DNA from: Cyanobacteria bacterium HKST-UBA04
Lineage (GTDB): Bacteria > Cyanobacteriota > Vampirovibrionia > Vampirovibrionales > JAGQHJ01
NCBI GenBank assembly: GCA_020431915.1
Contig: JAGQHJ010000005.1
Span: 1,087 to 65,086 of the forward strand
Direction of reading: 5' to 3'
Length of the DNA: 64,000 bases
The number at the start of each line of letters is the position of its first letter. Positions within the stretch are counted from its first letter, which is position 1. Shown piece after piece: positions 37,663 to 46,968 of this stretch. Position numbers and translations under genes: made by a program. The notes under the pieces were generated by a model that worked only from the letters and a program-made list of their open reading frames with translations, was not told the origin of the DNA and ran no database searches.

Positions 37663-39459
37663 ATGAGCGACTCCCATATCCGCAATTTCTGCATTATTGC
37701 GCATATTGACCATGGCAAGTCCACCCTGGCCGATCGCTTGCTTGAGGCCACGGCTTCCGTGGACAAGCGCGAAATGAAGGCCCAGTACCTGGACAACATG
37801 GATCTGGAGCGTGAGCGGGGCATTACCATTAAGCTGCAGGCGGCGCGCATGCAGTACGAGTACGAAGGGGATGCCTACACCCTGAACCTCATTGATACGC
37901 CGGGTCACGTGGACTTTGGCTACGAGGTGTCGCGCAGCATTATGGCCTGCGAGGGGGCCCTGCTGGTGGTGGATGCCGCCCAGGGTATCGAGGCGCAAAC
38001 CCTGGCCAACCTGTACCTGGCCCTGGAGCATGACCTGGAGATCATTCCGGTGCTCAACAAGATTGATTTGCCCGGTGCCGAACCGGAGCGGGTGGCCCGC
38101 GAAATTGAGGAAGTCATTGGTCTGGATGCCAGCGAGGCCATCCTGTGCAGTGCCAAGGAAGGTATCGGCATTACCGAGATTCTGGAGGCCATCATCAAGC
38201 GGGTGCCCCCGGCCAAGGTAAACAAGGATGCCCCGTTGCGGGCGCTGGTGTTTGACAGTTACTTTGATCCGTACATGGGTGTCATCACCTACTTCCGTGT
38301 GATGGACGGCACGATGAAGGACGGCGAAAAAATCCGGTTCATGGCCAACCAGAGAGATTTTGAGATTACCGAGCTGGGGGTTATGCGGCCCAACCGGCAG
38401 CGGGTTAATACCCTGTCCAGTGGCGAGGTCGGGTATATGGCCGCCAGCATCAAGGAAATGGGCCAGTTTGTCGGCGATACCATTACGCTGGCCGGCAAGC
38501 CCGCCACCGAAGCGTTGCCAGGCTACCAGACAGCCATGCCCATGGTGTTCTGCGGCTTGTACCCTGTTAACAACGAGGATTACAAGGACCTGAGCGATGC
38601 GCTGGAGAAGCTCAAGCTCAATGACAGCAGTATCGTGTTCGAGCCGGAAACGTCGCAGGCTTTGGGATTTGGCTATCGCTGCGGCTTTCTGGGCCTGTTG
38701 CACATGGAGATTGTGCAGGAACGGCTCGAGCGTGAGTACGACCTCGATCTGATTGTTACGGCCCCGTCGGTTGTGTACAAGGTAACGACCGTGCGCGGCG
38801 AGGTGCTGGATGTGGACAACCCGGCCAACCTGCCCGAGCCGACCCTCCGCGAAAAAATCGAGGAACCGGTGGCCAAGGTCAGTATCATTACGCCCAACGA
38901 GTACGTGGGGACCCTAATGGAACTGAGCCAGGCGCGGCGCGGCGAGTTCTTGACGATGGACTACCTCGACACGACCCGTGTAAACCTGCAGTACCTGATT
39001 CCGCTCAATGAAATGGTAACGGACTATTATGACCAGCTTAAAAGTCGCAGTCGTGGCTATGCCAGCATGGATTACCATTTCCATGGCTATCAGGAATCGA
39101 AACTCGTCAAGCTCGATATTCTGGTGGCCGGCGAACCGGTGGATGCGCTCAGCGCCATTGTGCACCAGGACAAGGCCTATGGTGTAGGGAAGGCACTGAC
39201 CGAGAAGCTCAAGGACATCATCCCGCGGCAGATGTTCGAGGTGCCCATCCAGGCGGCCATTGGTGGCAAGATTTTGGCCCGTACCAACGTCAAGGCCATG
39301 CGCAAGAACGTGCTGGACAAGTGCTATGGGGGCGACATTAGCCGGAAGCGCAAGCTGCTGGAAAAGCAGAAAAAAGGGAAGAAACGCATGAAGGCCGTCG
39401 GCCGGGTCGAGATTCCGCAGGACGCCTTTATGGCCGTGCTGAACCTGTCGGGCGACTAA
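37663..39459 (+). CDS. lepA: elongation factor 4 (LepA)
   Basis: [31 protein letters not shown] and NKIDL motifs, plus the LepA-specific C-terminus ([23 protein letters not shown]). The ATG directly follows the proS TAA. Confidence 0.95.
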   Translation: MSDSHIRNFCIIAHIDHGKSTLADRLLEATASVDKREMKAQYLDNMDLERERGITIKLQAARMQYEYEGDAYTLNLIDTPGHVDFGYEVSRSIMACEGALLVVDAAQGIEAQTLANLYLALEHDLEIIPVLNKIDLPGAEPERVAREIEEVIGLDASEAILCSAKEGIGITEILEAIIKRVPPAKVNKDAPLRALVFDSYFDPYMGVITYFRVMDGTMKDGEKIRFMANQRDFEITELGVMRPNRQRVNTLSSGEVGYMAASIKEMGQFVGDTITLAGKPATEALPGYQTAMPMVFCGLYPVNNEDYKDLSDALEKLKLNDSSIVFEPETSQALGFGYRCGFLGLLHMEIVQERLEREYDLDLIVTAPSVVYKVTTVRGEVLDVDNPANLPEPTLREKIEEPVAKVSIITPNEYVGTLMELSQARRGEFLTMDYLDTTRVNLQYLIPLNEMVTDYYDQLKSRSRGYASMDYHFHGYQESKLVKLDILVAGEPVDALSAIVHQDKAYGVGKALTEKLKDIIPRQMFEVPIQAAIGGKILARTNVKAMRKNVLDKCYGGDISRKRKLLEKQKKGKKRMKAVGRVEIPQDAFMAVLNLSGD

Positions 39460-39779
39460 GGCACGGCTATACCGGAGCGCGTAAGGTGGGAGAGAGTGCC
39501 CGTTGGTTTGCGGGGTTTTGCCGCTGTCTAGGGGTTTTGTCTCGCCACCTCACGCGCAAGGATGCAAGGTCCCTCTGGCCGTGTTTGGCACGGCGTGGTG
39601 CGGGGCGCTGCATCGCGCCACGCCTGCGTCTAGCTTTAACAGGCATGGCAATGGGGTAAACAAGCTTGTTTGCCGGTTATCTGCCGGCGCGGCTGCCTTA
39701 CAGGCGTCGATCACACATCCCTTCGGTTACCTGCAACATGGGGTAGGGAGCAGGGGTGCCATGAATGCACGGACAATAG

Positions 39780-39822
39780 CCCCGCTTCCGACATGCAGTA
39801 AAAAGCGGGGGCGGTGTTTTTT
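39780..39822 (+). terminator. putative intrinsic terminator
   Basis: CCCCGCTT / AAGCGGGG form an 8-bp stem with a 15-nt loop, followed by GCGGTGTTTTTT. It lies ~320 nt downstream of the lepA stop. Confidence 0.5.
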
Positions 39823-40063
39823 GATAGGGTTAAGCTTCATTTAAGGTTGCGGGCGCTGGGTTGGTTGACTTTTTGGGCCGTTTACCGGATAGTAACATTG
39901 GTTACATTTCCCTAACCAAAAGATGGAAACCCAATGGTATTGCTGCTCTTTAACCAAAGTAATCAAAGCACCCTGAGTGCTGACACCAACAGACACGGTT
40001 GGTGGTGGGCCTAGTTTTGGCCCCACTTTGTTAAGCAGTTTTACGCACAACAAGGTTTGACTA

Positions 40064-40100
40064 CCGGGGCCGCACTTTCCAGTGAGGCCCCGGTTTTATT
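40064..40100 (+). terminator. putative intrinsic terminator
   Basis: CCGGGGCC / GGCCCCGG form an 8-bp stem with a 14-nt loop, followed by TTTTATTATT. Confidence 0.55.
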
Positions 40101-40336
40101 ATTCCGTGAACCCAGATCCCTTGAATCCCTTGATATAGACAGGATTTACCCCCTCTAACGATGCCTTTGTCGACGCAAATGAGTTTAATCTCCAAATACA
40201 GCAGCTTCAACACCAACCTGAACTGGTCGTGGTGGCGTCTGACGATGGCCGCAGCCCTAGGTGGTGGTGAAGCAGCCAGGTTTCTTGGCTTTGATCAAGG
40301 CATCCTGGCAGTTTGCCCCCTAACCCTTCCCCCCAT

Positions 40337-40404
40337 AACCGGTCATCGATAACCCTCGCCCCTCTCCCCGTATGGTTTCGATGACCGGTTTGTTTTGTTT
40401 TTAC
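40337..40404 (+). terminator. strong intrinsic terminator / attenuator hairpin 60 nt upstream of the 40465 gene
   Basis: AACCGGTCATCGA (40337-40349) and TCGATGACCGGTT (40378-40390) form a 13-bp perfect stem with a 28-nt loop, followed by TGTTTTGTTTTT. Confidence 0.6.
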
Positions 40405-40464
40405 TCCCTTTCTCCTTCCTCCCCCTTCTCCGTACACCACGTTTAAGAAAGTCCCCTGCCCCCG

Positions 40465-42000
40465 ATGACGATTTCCTCGACACTCCTGGCTAAAATGGTT
40501 TCCCAGACCCCTGGGCTGGTTAACCGTACGCTGGGTACCATGGTGATGAACTCGGAAGGGGCTGGCGGGTATGCCCTGAACAAGTTTATCCAGGACTTGG
40601 GTATTGCCGCCGTGCCAAGGTTGACGGTCAGCCGCAGCAAGACCGAGCGGGCCGAAATCTCCTTTATCGAGCTGGCCGAATCGCTGGTGTATTGCTACGG
40701 GATTGGCGGGGCCGGCAAATACATTTTTGAGAACCTGATGCATGGGCTGGTGCCCAAATCGGTGGGGCTCAACAAGTCGGTTTTAACCAAGTCCGTCGAA
40801 GCCATCGAGAAAGGCGCGCCACAGCTGGCTCGTCATGCCGTGTCTACCAAGGCCGGTGTCCTGATGGCCTCTGTGGGGCTGATGGCCGTGTCGGCCCAGT
40901 ATTCGCTGCATTTCCTGAAAAACCTGATGACCCACAACGTCTTTAAGCAGAACAAGTTCAGCGACGTGGTGAACCTGTCCCATGGCAAGTCGGTGGCCGA
41001 TGACCACAACCCGGTGGTAACCAAAGCCAAGCGCCGCATTGTACAGGCAGTCAGTGTGGGGGGTGCCCTTATTTTGGCAGGGATGGGCCTGGCCCGGTTT
41101 GGCCATAAGCTGCCGACCCCCTTGTTCAATGTGATCAAGGCGGGGGTAAAGCACCTGGATTTTGCCCACGGCAAGAAGGCGTATACCTTGTCCCAGCCCT
41201 TGCTTCGGTATGTGTTTGCCCCGATTAACGTGTTGGGCTATATTGATGCGGCCCGCGATAACCTGGAACGCGTTGAGACGGCGACCCGCCTGGCTGTTGT
41301 GGTACCGTCGCTGCTGTACGGGCAGGAATTGCTTGAAAGCGCCATGGCGTCCAGTGTGAAAGGGTCCATGCCGCACCTGTTCAACCCGGCCGGCAGTGCC
41401 AAGACCCTTAAGCAGTTGGCCACCGAGGCTGTTGGTGAGGCCGGCTCGCTGAGCAAGGCCATGCCCACCTTTGCCAAGCATATGGCCGCCAAAAACAGAA
41501 TTTTTGGGGCCCCCCTGCTCTTTAGTATCCTGATTCCGGGTGTGGGTGTGGCCTTGCTGAACCGTGCCTGGACCAAATACCGCTATAACCGTAACCTGCC
41601 GTCGGCCAACCCGTTGCAGCGTCACGAAAACGAAACGACGGCGCAGCTCGACAAAATCGGCCAGATTGGTGATCAGTTGAAAACCATTGCCCAGCAGGAG
41701 CCGTCTGCCAACGCCTTGAGCAAGGGGCCCGTTGAGCTGGCACCGGTACAAGCGGCCGCCGCCCAAACCCCTTACCGTTACGGCTATCAGCCAAGCGGTG
41801 CTTATTCTTACAACCAGTCGCCCAACTACCTGACTGTTTCGCGGACGGAATCGAGTACCTACTCGCCCTACAGCGCCACCTATGCTAGAACCTACACGCA
41901 AACCTTCCCCCAGACCTTCCCCTATACGTTGCCCAACCGGTTTGCACAACAGGTTACCCAGCCTTATCCCCTCAACAGCCGTGGTAACCTGACGGTATAG
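40465..42000 (+). CDS. hypothetical membrane protein with Tyr/Pro/Gln/Ser/Thr-rich C-terminal tail
   Basis: 511-aa ORF with several hydrophobic segments. The C-terminal ~90 aa is low complexity (QTPYRYGYQPSGAYSYNQSPNYL...YSPYSATYARTYTQTFPQTFPYTLP). No family recognised. Confidence 0.6.
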   Translation: MTISSTLLAKMVSQTPGLVNRTLGTMVMNSEGAGGYALNKFIQDLGIAAVPRLTVSRSKTERAEISFIELAESLVYCYGIGGAGKYIFENLMHGLVPKSVGLNKSVLTKSVEAIEKGAPQLARHAVSTKAGVLMASVGLMAVSAQYSLHFLKNLMTHNVFKQNKFSDVVNLSHGKSVADDHNPVVTKAKRRIVQAVSVGGALILAGMGLARFGHKLPTPLFNVIKAGVKHLDFAHGKKAYTLSQPLLRYVFAPINVLGYIDAARDNLERVETATRLAVVVPSLLYGQELLESAMASSVKGSMPHLFNPAGSAKTLKQLATEAVGEAGSLSKAMPTFAKHMAAKNRIFGAPLLFSILIPGVGVALLNRAWTKYRYNRNLPSANPLQRHENETTAQLDKIGQIGDQLKTIAQQEPSANALSKGPVELAPVQAAAAQTPYRYGYQPSGAYSYNQSPNYLTVSRTESSTYSPYSATYARTYTQTFPQTFPYTLPNRFAQQVTQPYPLNSRGNLTV

Positions 42001-42045
42001 CTATAGCTATACCCGGCAAGACGTGTGGTTGGCTGCGCAAGAAAA

Positions 42046-42091
42046 AACCCCCGACGATTGGTAGATGGTCTCAATCGTTGATCGGGGGGTT
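42046..42091 (-). terminator. bulged GC-rich hairpin with T-run on the minus strand (putative minus-strand terminator; may also stop the + strand gene)
   Basis: CCCCCGA+CGATTG pairs with CAATCG+(bulge TTGA)+TCGGGGG. On the minus strand the hairpin is followed by TTTTTTC. Confidence 0.45.
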
Positions 42092-42494
42092 GAATCGAAA
42101 TCACCCGGACGGTTTATCCGTCCTCTCGTCCACACCCTAATCTTTCATCAAAAACGACGTGGGAGTTCCGTGAGCGGTGCTTCTGCACAAGCCCAACGGC
42201 CACATCAAACCCGATTGGCAGGGGGACACGGTGGTATGAAGTTTGGGTCAAGTCAAAATAAGGCGCCAGCATTTGGAGTTTGAAAAATAACCCTATGTCC
42301 CACCTTCCTGTGGTGGCTGGTTTTGTCGCCTTGTGGTTTTCTTTGTGGGTTTTCTTAAACGGAGTTCGGTTCTCTTCCTGTGGCTGCTACCAGGGAAACG
42401 GACAGGGTTGCAGCGTATGGGGCTCCTCAAGTCGGGACAGACGGTGTCGTTTTGAAAAGGGGAATACAGAAGGGTAATGCCCGCGCACGGGCGC

Positions 42495-42623
42495 TTAACC
42501 CAACACCGTTATATACGAAAGCAAGGCCACCAAGGTAATGCCCATCAGCATCCACGCCGGTGACGTGGACATACGGGTGGCCACGGCAGCCAGAACAATG
42601 GGTTTTGAACGATGCTGGGTCAT
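42495..42623 (-). CDS. possible 42-aa small membrane protein
   Basis: Hand-translated: MTQHRSKPIVLAAVATRMSTSPAWMLMGITLVALLSYITVLG, with one clear TM helix. It is below the ORF-track cutoff and has no strong RBS. Confidence 0.25.
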   Translation of the reverse strand: MTQHRSKPIVLAAVATRMSTSPAWMLMGITLVALLSYITVLG

Positions 42624-42775
42624 AGTTGGTGTGGGGGGTCCTTGCAAAAAAACTGTTTACGGTTTGACGAGGATTCGGGGTGACGGTCTCGTATCATCTT
42701 GTCTTGGGGTAATACACGTGTCGGAGTACGCAGGGGTTTCTTTAGGGGAAAGGCCCGTTTTGTAAAGTGTGCGGG

Positions 42776-43642
42776 TTACAGCAGTGGCGAAACAAGGGCT
42801 TGTAACGCTTTTGTAGAGGGCGTTTCTGCTTTCTGGTCGTCGTGTAACAATTGCCACAGAACCAGGTATTCCTGGTTGCCTTTGGGTCCCTGAATGGGAG
42901 ATGGGGCCAGGCCGTCCAGACGCAAGGCCTGGTCATGATCACGGGCCAGGGCCAGTATGTCCGACAAGGTACCGAGCAAAATGGTTTCCAGTTCCTGGCG
43001 GGATTTTACAACACCGTCAAACCCGCTGCTGTTGCAGTAGTCCCGGTACTCGAACTGGGGCTTGAGCAGGGTCAGCAGGGTGGAGGTCTTTGCTGGGCCT
43101 GGGGTCAGGCACGGCCAAACATAGGGCAGGGTTTTCTTAAGGGAAATAAAACTGACGTCCACCACGGCCCAGGTGGCAGGCGGCTGGCTGACCATGGCCG
43201 GTGTCAGGGTGTTGACGTGGGTTTTTTCCATCACGGTTACGTTCGGGTGGTTGCGCAGGGACCAGTCCAGCTGGTTGGTTCCCACGTCGATGGCCCAGAC
43301 ATGCCGTGCTCCGTGCTGGAGCAGGCAATCGGTAAATCCGCCGGTCGATGCCCCGATGTCCAGGGCGACCACACCGGTGGCGTCCAGGTTGAAGGTGGTG
43401 AGGGCCCCTTCCAGCTTTAGCCCGCCCCGGCTGACGTAGCGCTGGGCCGCCCCACTCTTAAGCCGCACGGCATCGCCGGGCTTTACGATGGTGCCGGCCT
43501 TGTCTACCCGCTGGTCGTTTACGAGAACCTGGCCACTCATCACCAGGGCCTGGGCCTTGCTCCGGGTGGGGCACAGGCCCGCTTCAACCAGCCAGTGGTC
43601 CAGGCGGGTTTTTTGGGAGGGTTGGTTTGAAGGGTCGGTCAT
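42776..43642 (-). CDS. tlyA: TlyA-family rRNA (cytidine-2'-O)-methyltransferase
   Basis: S4-like N-terminus (RLDHWLVEAGLCPTRSKAQALVMSGQVLVN), YVSRGGLKLEGAL, and SAM motif LDIGASTGGFTDCLLQHGA. The ATG at 43642 is preferred over the GTG at 43654. Confidence 0.88.
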   Translation of the reverse strand: MTDPSNQPSQKTRLDHWLVEAGLCPTRSKAQALVMSGQVLVNDQRVDKAGTIVKPGDAVRLKSGAAQRYVSRGGLKLEGALTTFNLDATGVVALDIGASTGGFTDCLLQHGARHVWAIDVGTNQLDWSLRNHPNVTVMEKTHVNTLTPAMVSQPPATWAVVDVSFISLKKTLPYVWPCLTPGPAKTSTLLTLLKPQFEYRDYCNSSGFDGVVKSRQELETILLGTLSDILALARDHDQALRLDGLAPSPIQGPKGNQEYLVLWQLLHDDQKAETPSTKALQALVSPLL

Positions 43643-43787
43643 GGGGATCGTCACGGTTGGTCACGGCTGGTTGTGATCGGGCTAAGGCTTTGCTTATGAT
43701 GGAGAGGGCAGTTTCTGCCAAGAGAGGCATGTGTGCGCATGGACGGGGACGTCCAGAACCAGGAGAAAGGCAAAGGCCTGAGACCGA

Positions 43788-45092
43788 ATGCACCCGTTGT
43801 TTGGATTGTTGGGCATCGCAGCCATTCTAGCGCTGGCCTATGCCATGAGCAACAACCGCCGTGCCATTAACTGGCGTACGGTGGGGGTGGGCTTCGCCTT
43901 GCAGTGGCTTATTGCCTTGTTTGTGCTTAAGGTGCCGGCCGGTCAGGCCTTGTTTACGGCCATTACCAAGGGTATTAACCATCTGCTGACCTATGCCGAT
44001 GCCGGAGCGGCCTTTGTTTTCGGCCCGCTGGCTGCCCAGCCCGTCAGAATGGTGGAATTATTCGGGCCGGGAGGCGATTTTATCTTTGCCATCAAGGTGA
44101 CCAGCGCCATTGTGTTTATTGGCCTGCTGGTAGGGGTGGGGTACCACATTGGCCTGTTGCAACGGGTTATTGGGGCGTGTGCCTGGGTCATGTACAAGCT
44201 GATGGGCGTCAGCGGCTCGGAGAGCCTGAGCAACGTGGCCAGTATTTTTGTGGGTAACATCGAGGCCCAGCTTATTATTAAGCCGTACCTGTCCAGTATG
44301 ACCCCCTCGGAACTGCTGGCCAGTATGGCCGGCAGCCTGGCCTGCATTAGCGGCAGCGCCATGGCCATTTTTATTGCTCTGGGGGTGCCGGCCAACTATG
44401 TGCTGGCTGCCAGCCTGATGGCGGCCCCCGGTGCCCTGGTGATTGCTAAGCTGATGTACCCGGAAACGGAGACTTCCACGACCCAGGGCGATGTGAAGCT
44501 GGAGGTGCCCGTCACGTCGGTTAACCTTATTGATGCTGCCGCCCATGGGGCCTCGGACGGTTTTCGCATTGCTCTGCAGATTTTGGCCATGCTGATTGGC
44601 TTTATTGCTGCTATTCATCTGGTTGACGGGGTCATTCATCTGCTGGGCACGGGGCTGGTTAAGGTGGGCATTAACCTCACGGGCCTTGGGGTGAACCTGG
44701 CCGAGCTGTCGCTCAACGGTATTTTGGGACACCTGTTTTCGGTGGTGGCGTTTATGCTGGGGGTGCCCTGGCATGAAGCCGGTACGGTGGGGGCGTTGAT
44801 GGGCACGAAAATGGTGATCAACGAATTCGTGGCCTACCTGCAATTGTTGCCGATGCTCGAAGGTGGGCAGTTGTCGGCCAAGTCGGTGGCCATTGTAACC
44901 TTTGCCCTGTGTGGGTTCGCCAATTTCGGGTCGGTGGCCATGCAGATTGGTGGTATTGGCGAAATGGCCCCGTCTCGCAAACACGACCTGGCCAAGTTGG
45001 GAGTACGGGCCCTGTTGTGCGGCACAATGGCCAGCTATATTTCTGCTGCCATTGCGGGAATATTGCAGGGGATACCAGCGGCAGCGGCGTAA
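43788..45092 (+). CDS. nupC: NupC/NupG-family concentrative nucleoside transporter
   Basis: 434 aa. The N-terminal LLGIAAILALAYAMSNNRRAINWRTVGVGFALQWLIALFVLK and the C-terminal FALCGFANFGSVAMQIGGIG are characteristic CNT-family patterns. Confidence 0.85.
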   Translation: MHPLFGLLGIAAILALAYAMSNNRRAINWRTVGVGFALQWLIALFVLKVPAGQALFTAITKGINHLLTYADAGAAFVFGPLAAQPVRMVELFGPGGDFIFAIKVTSAIVFIGLLVGVGYHIGLLQRVIGACAWVMYKLMGVSGSESLSNVASIFVGNIEAQLIIKPYLSSMTPSELLASMAGSLACISGSAMAIFIALGVPANYVLAASLMAAPGALVIAKLMYPETETSTTQGDVKLEVPVTSVNLIDAAAHGASDGFRIALQILAMLIGFIAAIHLVDGVIHLLGTGLVKVGINLTGLGVNLAELSLNGILGHLFSVVAFMLGVPWHEAGTVGALMGTKMVINEFVAYLQLLPMLEGGQLSAKSVAIVTFALCGFANFGSVAMQIGGIGEMAPSRKHDLAKLGVRALLCGTMASYISAAIAGILQGIPAAAA

Positions 45093-45224
45093 GGGGAGCT
45101 CCTGAAAAAGGGGGATTTGTTCTGGGCTGGTCGAGAGTAAGCTACAATAAAAACCGAACCGGTGACGGCGCTTTTTTTCCAAGCGCTGGACACGAAAGAA
45201 CACGAGACACGGAGCCCCTTGCAG

Positions 45225-45899
45225 ATGGAAACCAAGGCATTTTTTGAATCGGTGGTCAACGAGTACGACGACTTTATCCTGCAAGTCGTGCCGACCTACC
45301 CGGACTTGATTTGGGCTTTGTTTTACTATCTGCCCCAGGATCTCAACCCCAAGCACGTGGTCGATTTGGGTTGCGGCACGGGCAACATTACCCAGGCCGT
45401 GCACCACACGTTTCCTCAAGCCCGCATTACCTGCGTGGACGAAGCCAGCGGGATGTTGAACCAGACGGCCAAAAAAGTGGACCCCACGCACCTGAATTTT
45501 GTGGAAGCCCACTTCAACGATTTGATGTTGCCCCCGGAACGGTTTGGGTTGGTGGTCAGTAACCTGGCGGTGCACCATATTACCGACGACGAGAAACAGG
45601 CGTTGGTCAAGAAGGTTTACGACTGGTTGGCGCCTGGCGGGGTGTTTGCCATTTCGGACGGTTTTCGTGCCAAGGACGAGGCCCTGCACCAACGCGAGCT
45701 GGATTTGTGGGGTGAGCTGGTGCTGGATGCCGGCATGGATCCAAAAGACTGGGCCGAGGCCGAGAAGCATCGCAAGGCCCACGACCTGTATGCCAACGAT
45801 CGCGATTTTTGCCAGTGGTGTCTTGAGGCAGGGTTTGCCAGTGCCGACATGGTGTTTCGCAAAGGCGTGTGGGGCGTCATCCATGCCCGCAAGGCATAG
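45225..45899 (+). CDS. class I SAM-dependent methyltransferase
   Basis: VVDLGCGTGNIT motif I and LAPGGVFAISD post-I region. The ATG at 45225 has GGAG 10 nt upstream, within ORF 45162..45899. Confidence 0.8.
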   Translation: METKAFFESVVNEYDDFILQVVPTYPDLIWALFYYLPQDLNPKHVVDLGCGTGNITQAVHHTFPQARITCVDEASGMLNQTAKKVDPTHLNFVEAHFNDLMLPPERFGLVVSNLAVHHITDDEKQALVKKVYDWLAPGGVFAISDGFRAKDEALHQRELDLWGELVLDAGMDPKDWAEAEKHRKAHDLYANDRDFCQWCLEAGFASADMVFRKGVWGVIHARKA

Positions 45900-46228
45900 C
45901 GTGTGTATGTACGTCTTTTACGGGTAATACGATAGGCCTACAGGGGAATGAACCGGCCGCTGTTCTGTGTGGCCTGAAAGCAGGCGGCAGTGACGGTCGG
46001 TCAGATTGAAAGGGGTATTTTTTGGGGTCGCCTGGTCAATCCGTAGGCCGGTTTCAAATTGCGCAGGGCCGTTAATAACTTGTTCAATATTTACACGCTT
46101 TTTACACTGGGGCCGATTCTATTTTTTGTGGACTGGCTTGGCGTTATACTGGCAACTGTGTCTGGTTGTTTGGGGCGCCGTCCCCTGACAAAACCCAACA
46201 AAGTGTTGAGAGTTAATGGCCGTTTCAG

Positions 46229-46717
46229 ATGTCCCTACAGCTTAAGGAAGTACAATGGCTACTGGCCAGGGAAGTGGCCGGTATTGAGACGGCCCGCGAT
46301 GCGCTGGTGCAATTGCAGGTGTCGAGCAAAAAGGCCCTGCAGTATCTGGATCAAAGCAACCCGGTCATGGCCCAGGGATGTGTGGAGCAATGCTTTACCA
46401 CCATGATGTGTGTCCTGCACTACCTGAACATTGATATCGAGCAACTGGTCAAGCGTGAACAGCGCCGCCAGAACCAGAACAAATACGGCACAATGAACCG
46501 GGTCATCATGGTCTTTGCCGACCATGCCGAGCTGCGGGTGGAGGGGGAATTGCGAGGTACCTTCCCGTTGTACACTGACGAGGATGCCCAGGACATTCAG
46601 GACATTGCCCAGGTCTTCCAATGCCGCATCGAATATGCCGACCACGTGCAATTGACCATGTTCGATGCCCAAGCCCAGTTCCAAGCCGGTGCAACGGGAC
46701 AATCCAAGGCTTCTTAG
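46229..46717 (+). CDS. hypothetical protein
   Basis: 162-aa ORF. The N-terminal helical part only faintly recalls all-alpha NTP-pyrophosphohydrolase (MazG-like) helices and lacks the acidic EExxE cluster. No confident family. Confidence 0.5.
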   Translation: MSLQLKEVQWLLAREVAGIETARDALVQLQVSSKKALQYLDQSNPVMAQGCVEQCFTTMMCVLHYLNIDIEQLVKREQRRQNQNKYGTMNRVIMVFADHAELRVEGELRGTFPLYTDEDAQDIQDIAQVFQCRIEYADHVQLTMFDAQAQFQAGATGQSKAS

Positions 46718-46968
46718 GGACGTATAGGGGATGCCTGGAGGCAATGAGGGGATGCTATGGAGAGCGTCAAAACCGGTCTCAAAACCGGTAGATGTAACGG
46801 TGTGTTACGCCAGAAACCCCTTGCCCTGAGCGTTATTGGCGGCTATTGTCATCTGGCTGACATCGGGGGATTAAAATGATTGTTTTAATAAAAATATATT
46901 TTGTATCTTGTCCACCCATGCTGACTGCTTATGACTCACAGAAAGAAGAAAGTGCGAGGACGTTTATC

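Noticed and set aside
36586-38703. 705-aa ORF on the minus strand spanning proS and lepA
   Set aside because: It lies antisense to two unmistakable housekeeping genes. Its product is Gly/Arg/His/Leu-rich with no recognisable motif. This is the typical long shadow ORF of high-GC DNA.
44058-45884. 608-aa minus-strand ORF overlapping nupC and the methyltransferase
   Set aside because: It is antisense to two well-supported genes and even spans their intergenic gap. Its composition (many H/Q/G/R/P) looks like an antisense translation artefact.
46229-46717. MazG-like NTP pyrophosphohydrolase call for the 162-aa protein
   Set aside because: Only a loose helical resemblance (…VLHYLNIDIEQLVKRE…) is present. 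The acidic EExxE/D metal-binding cluster that defines the family is missing, so I left it as hypothetical.
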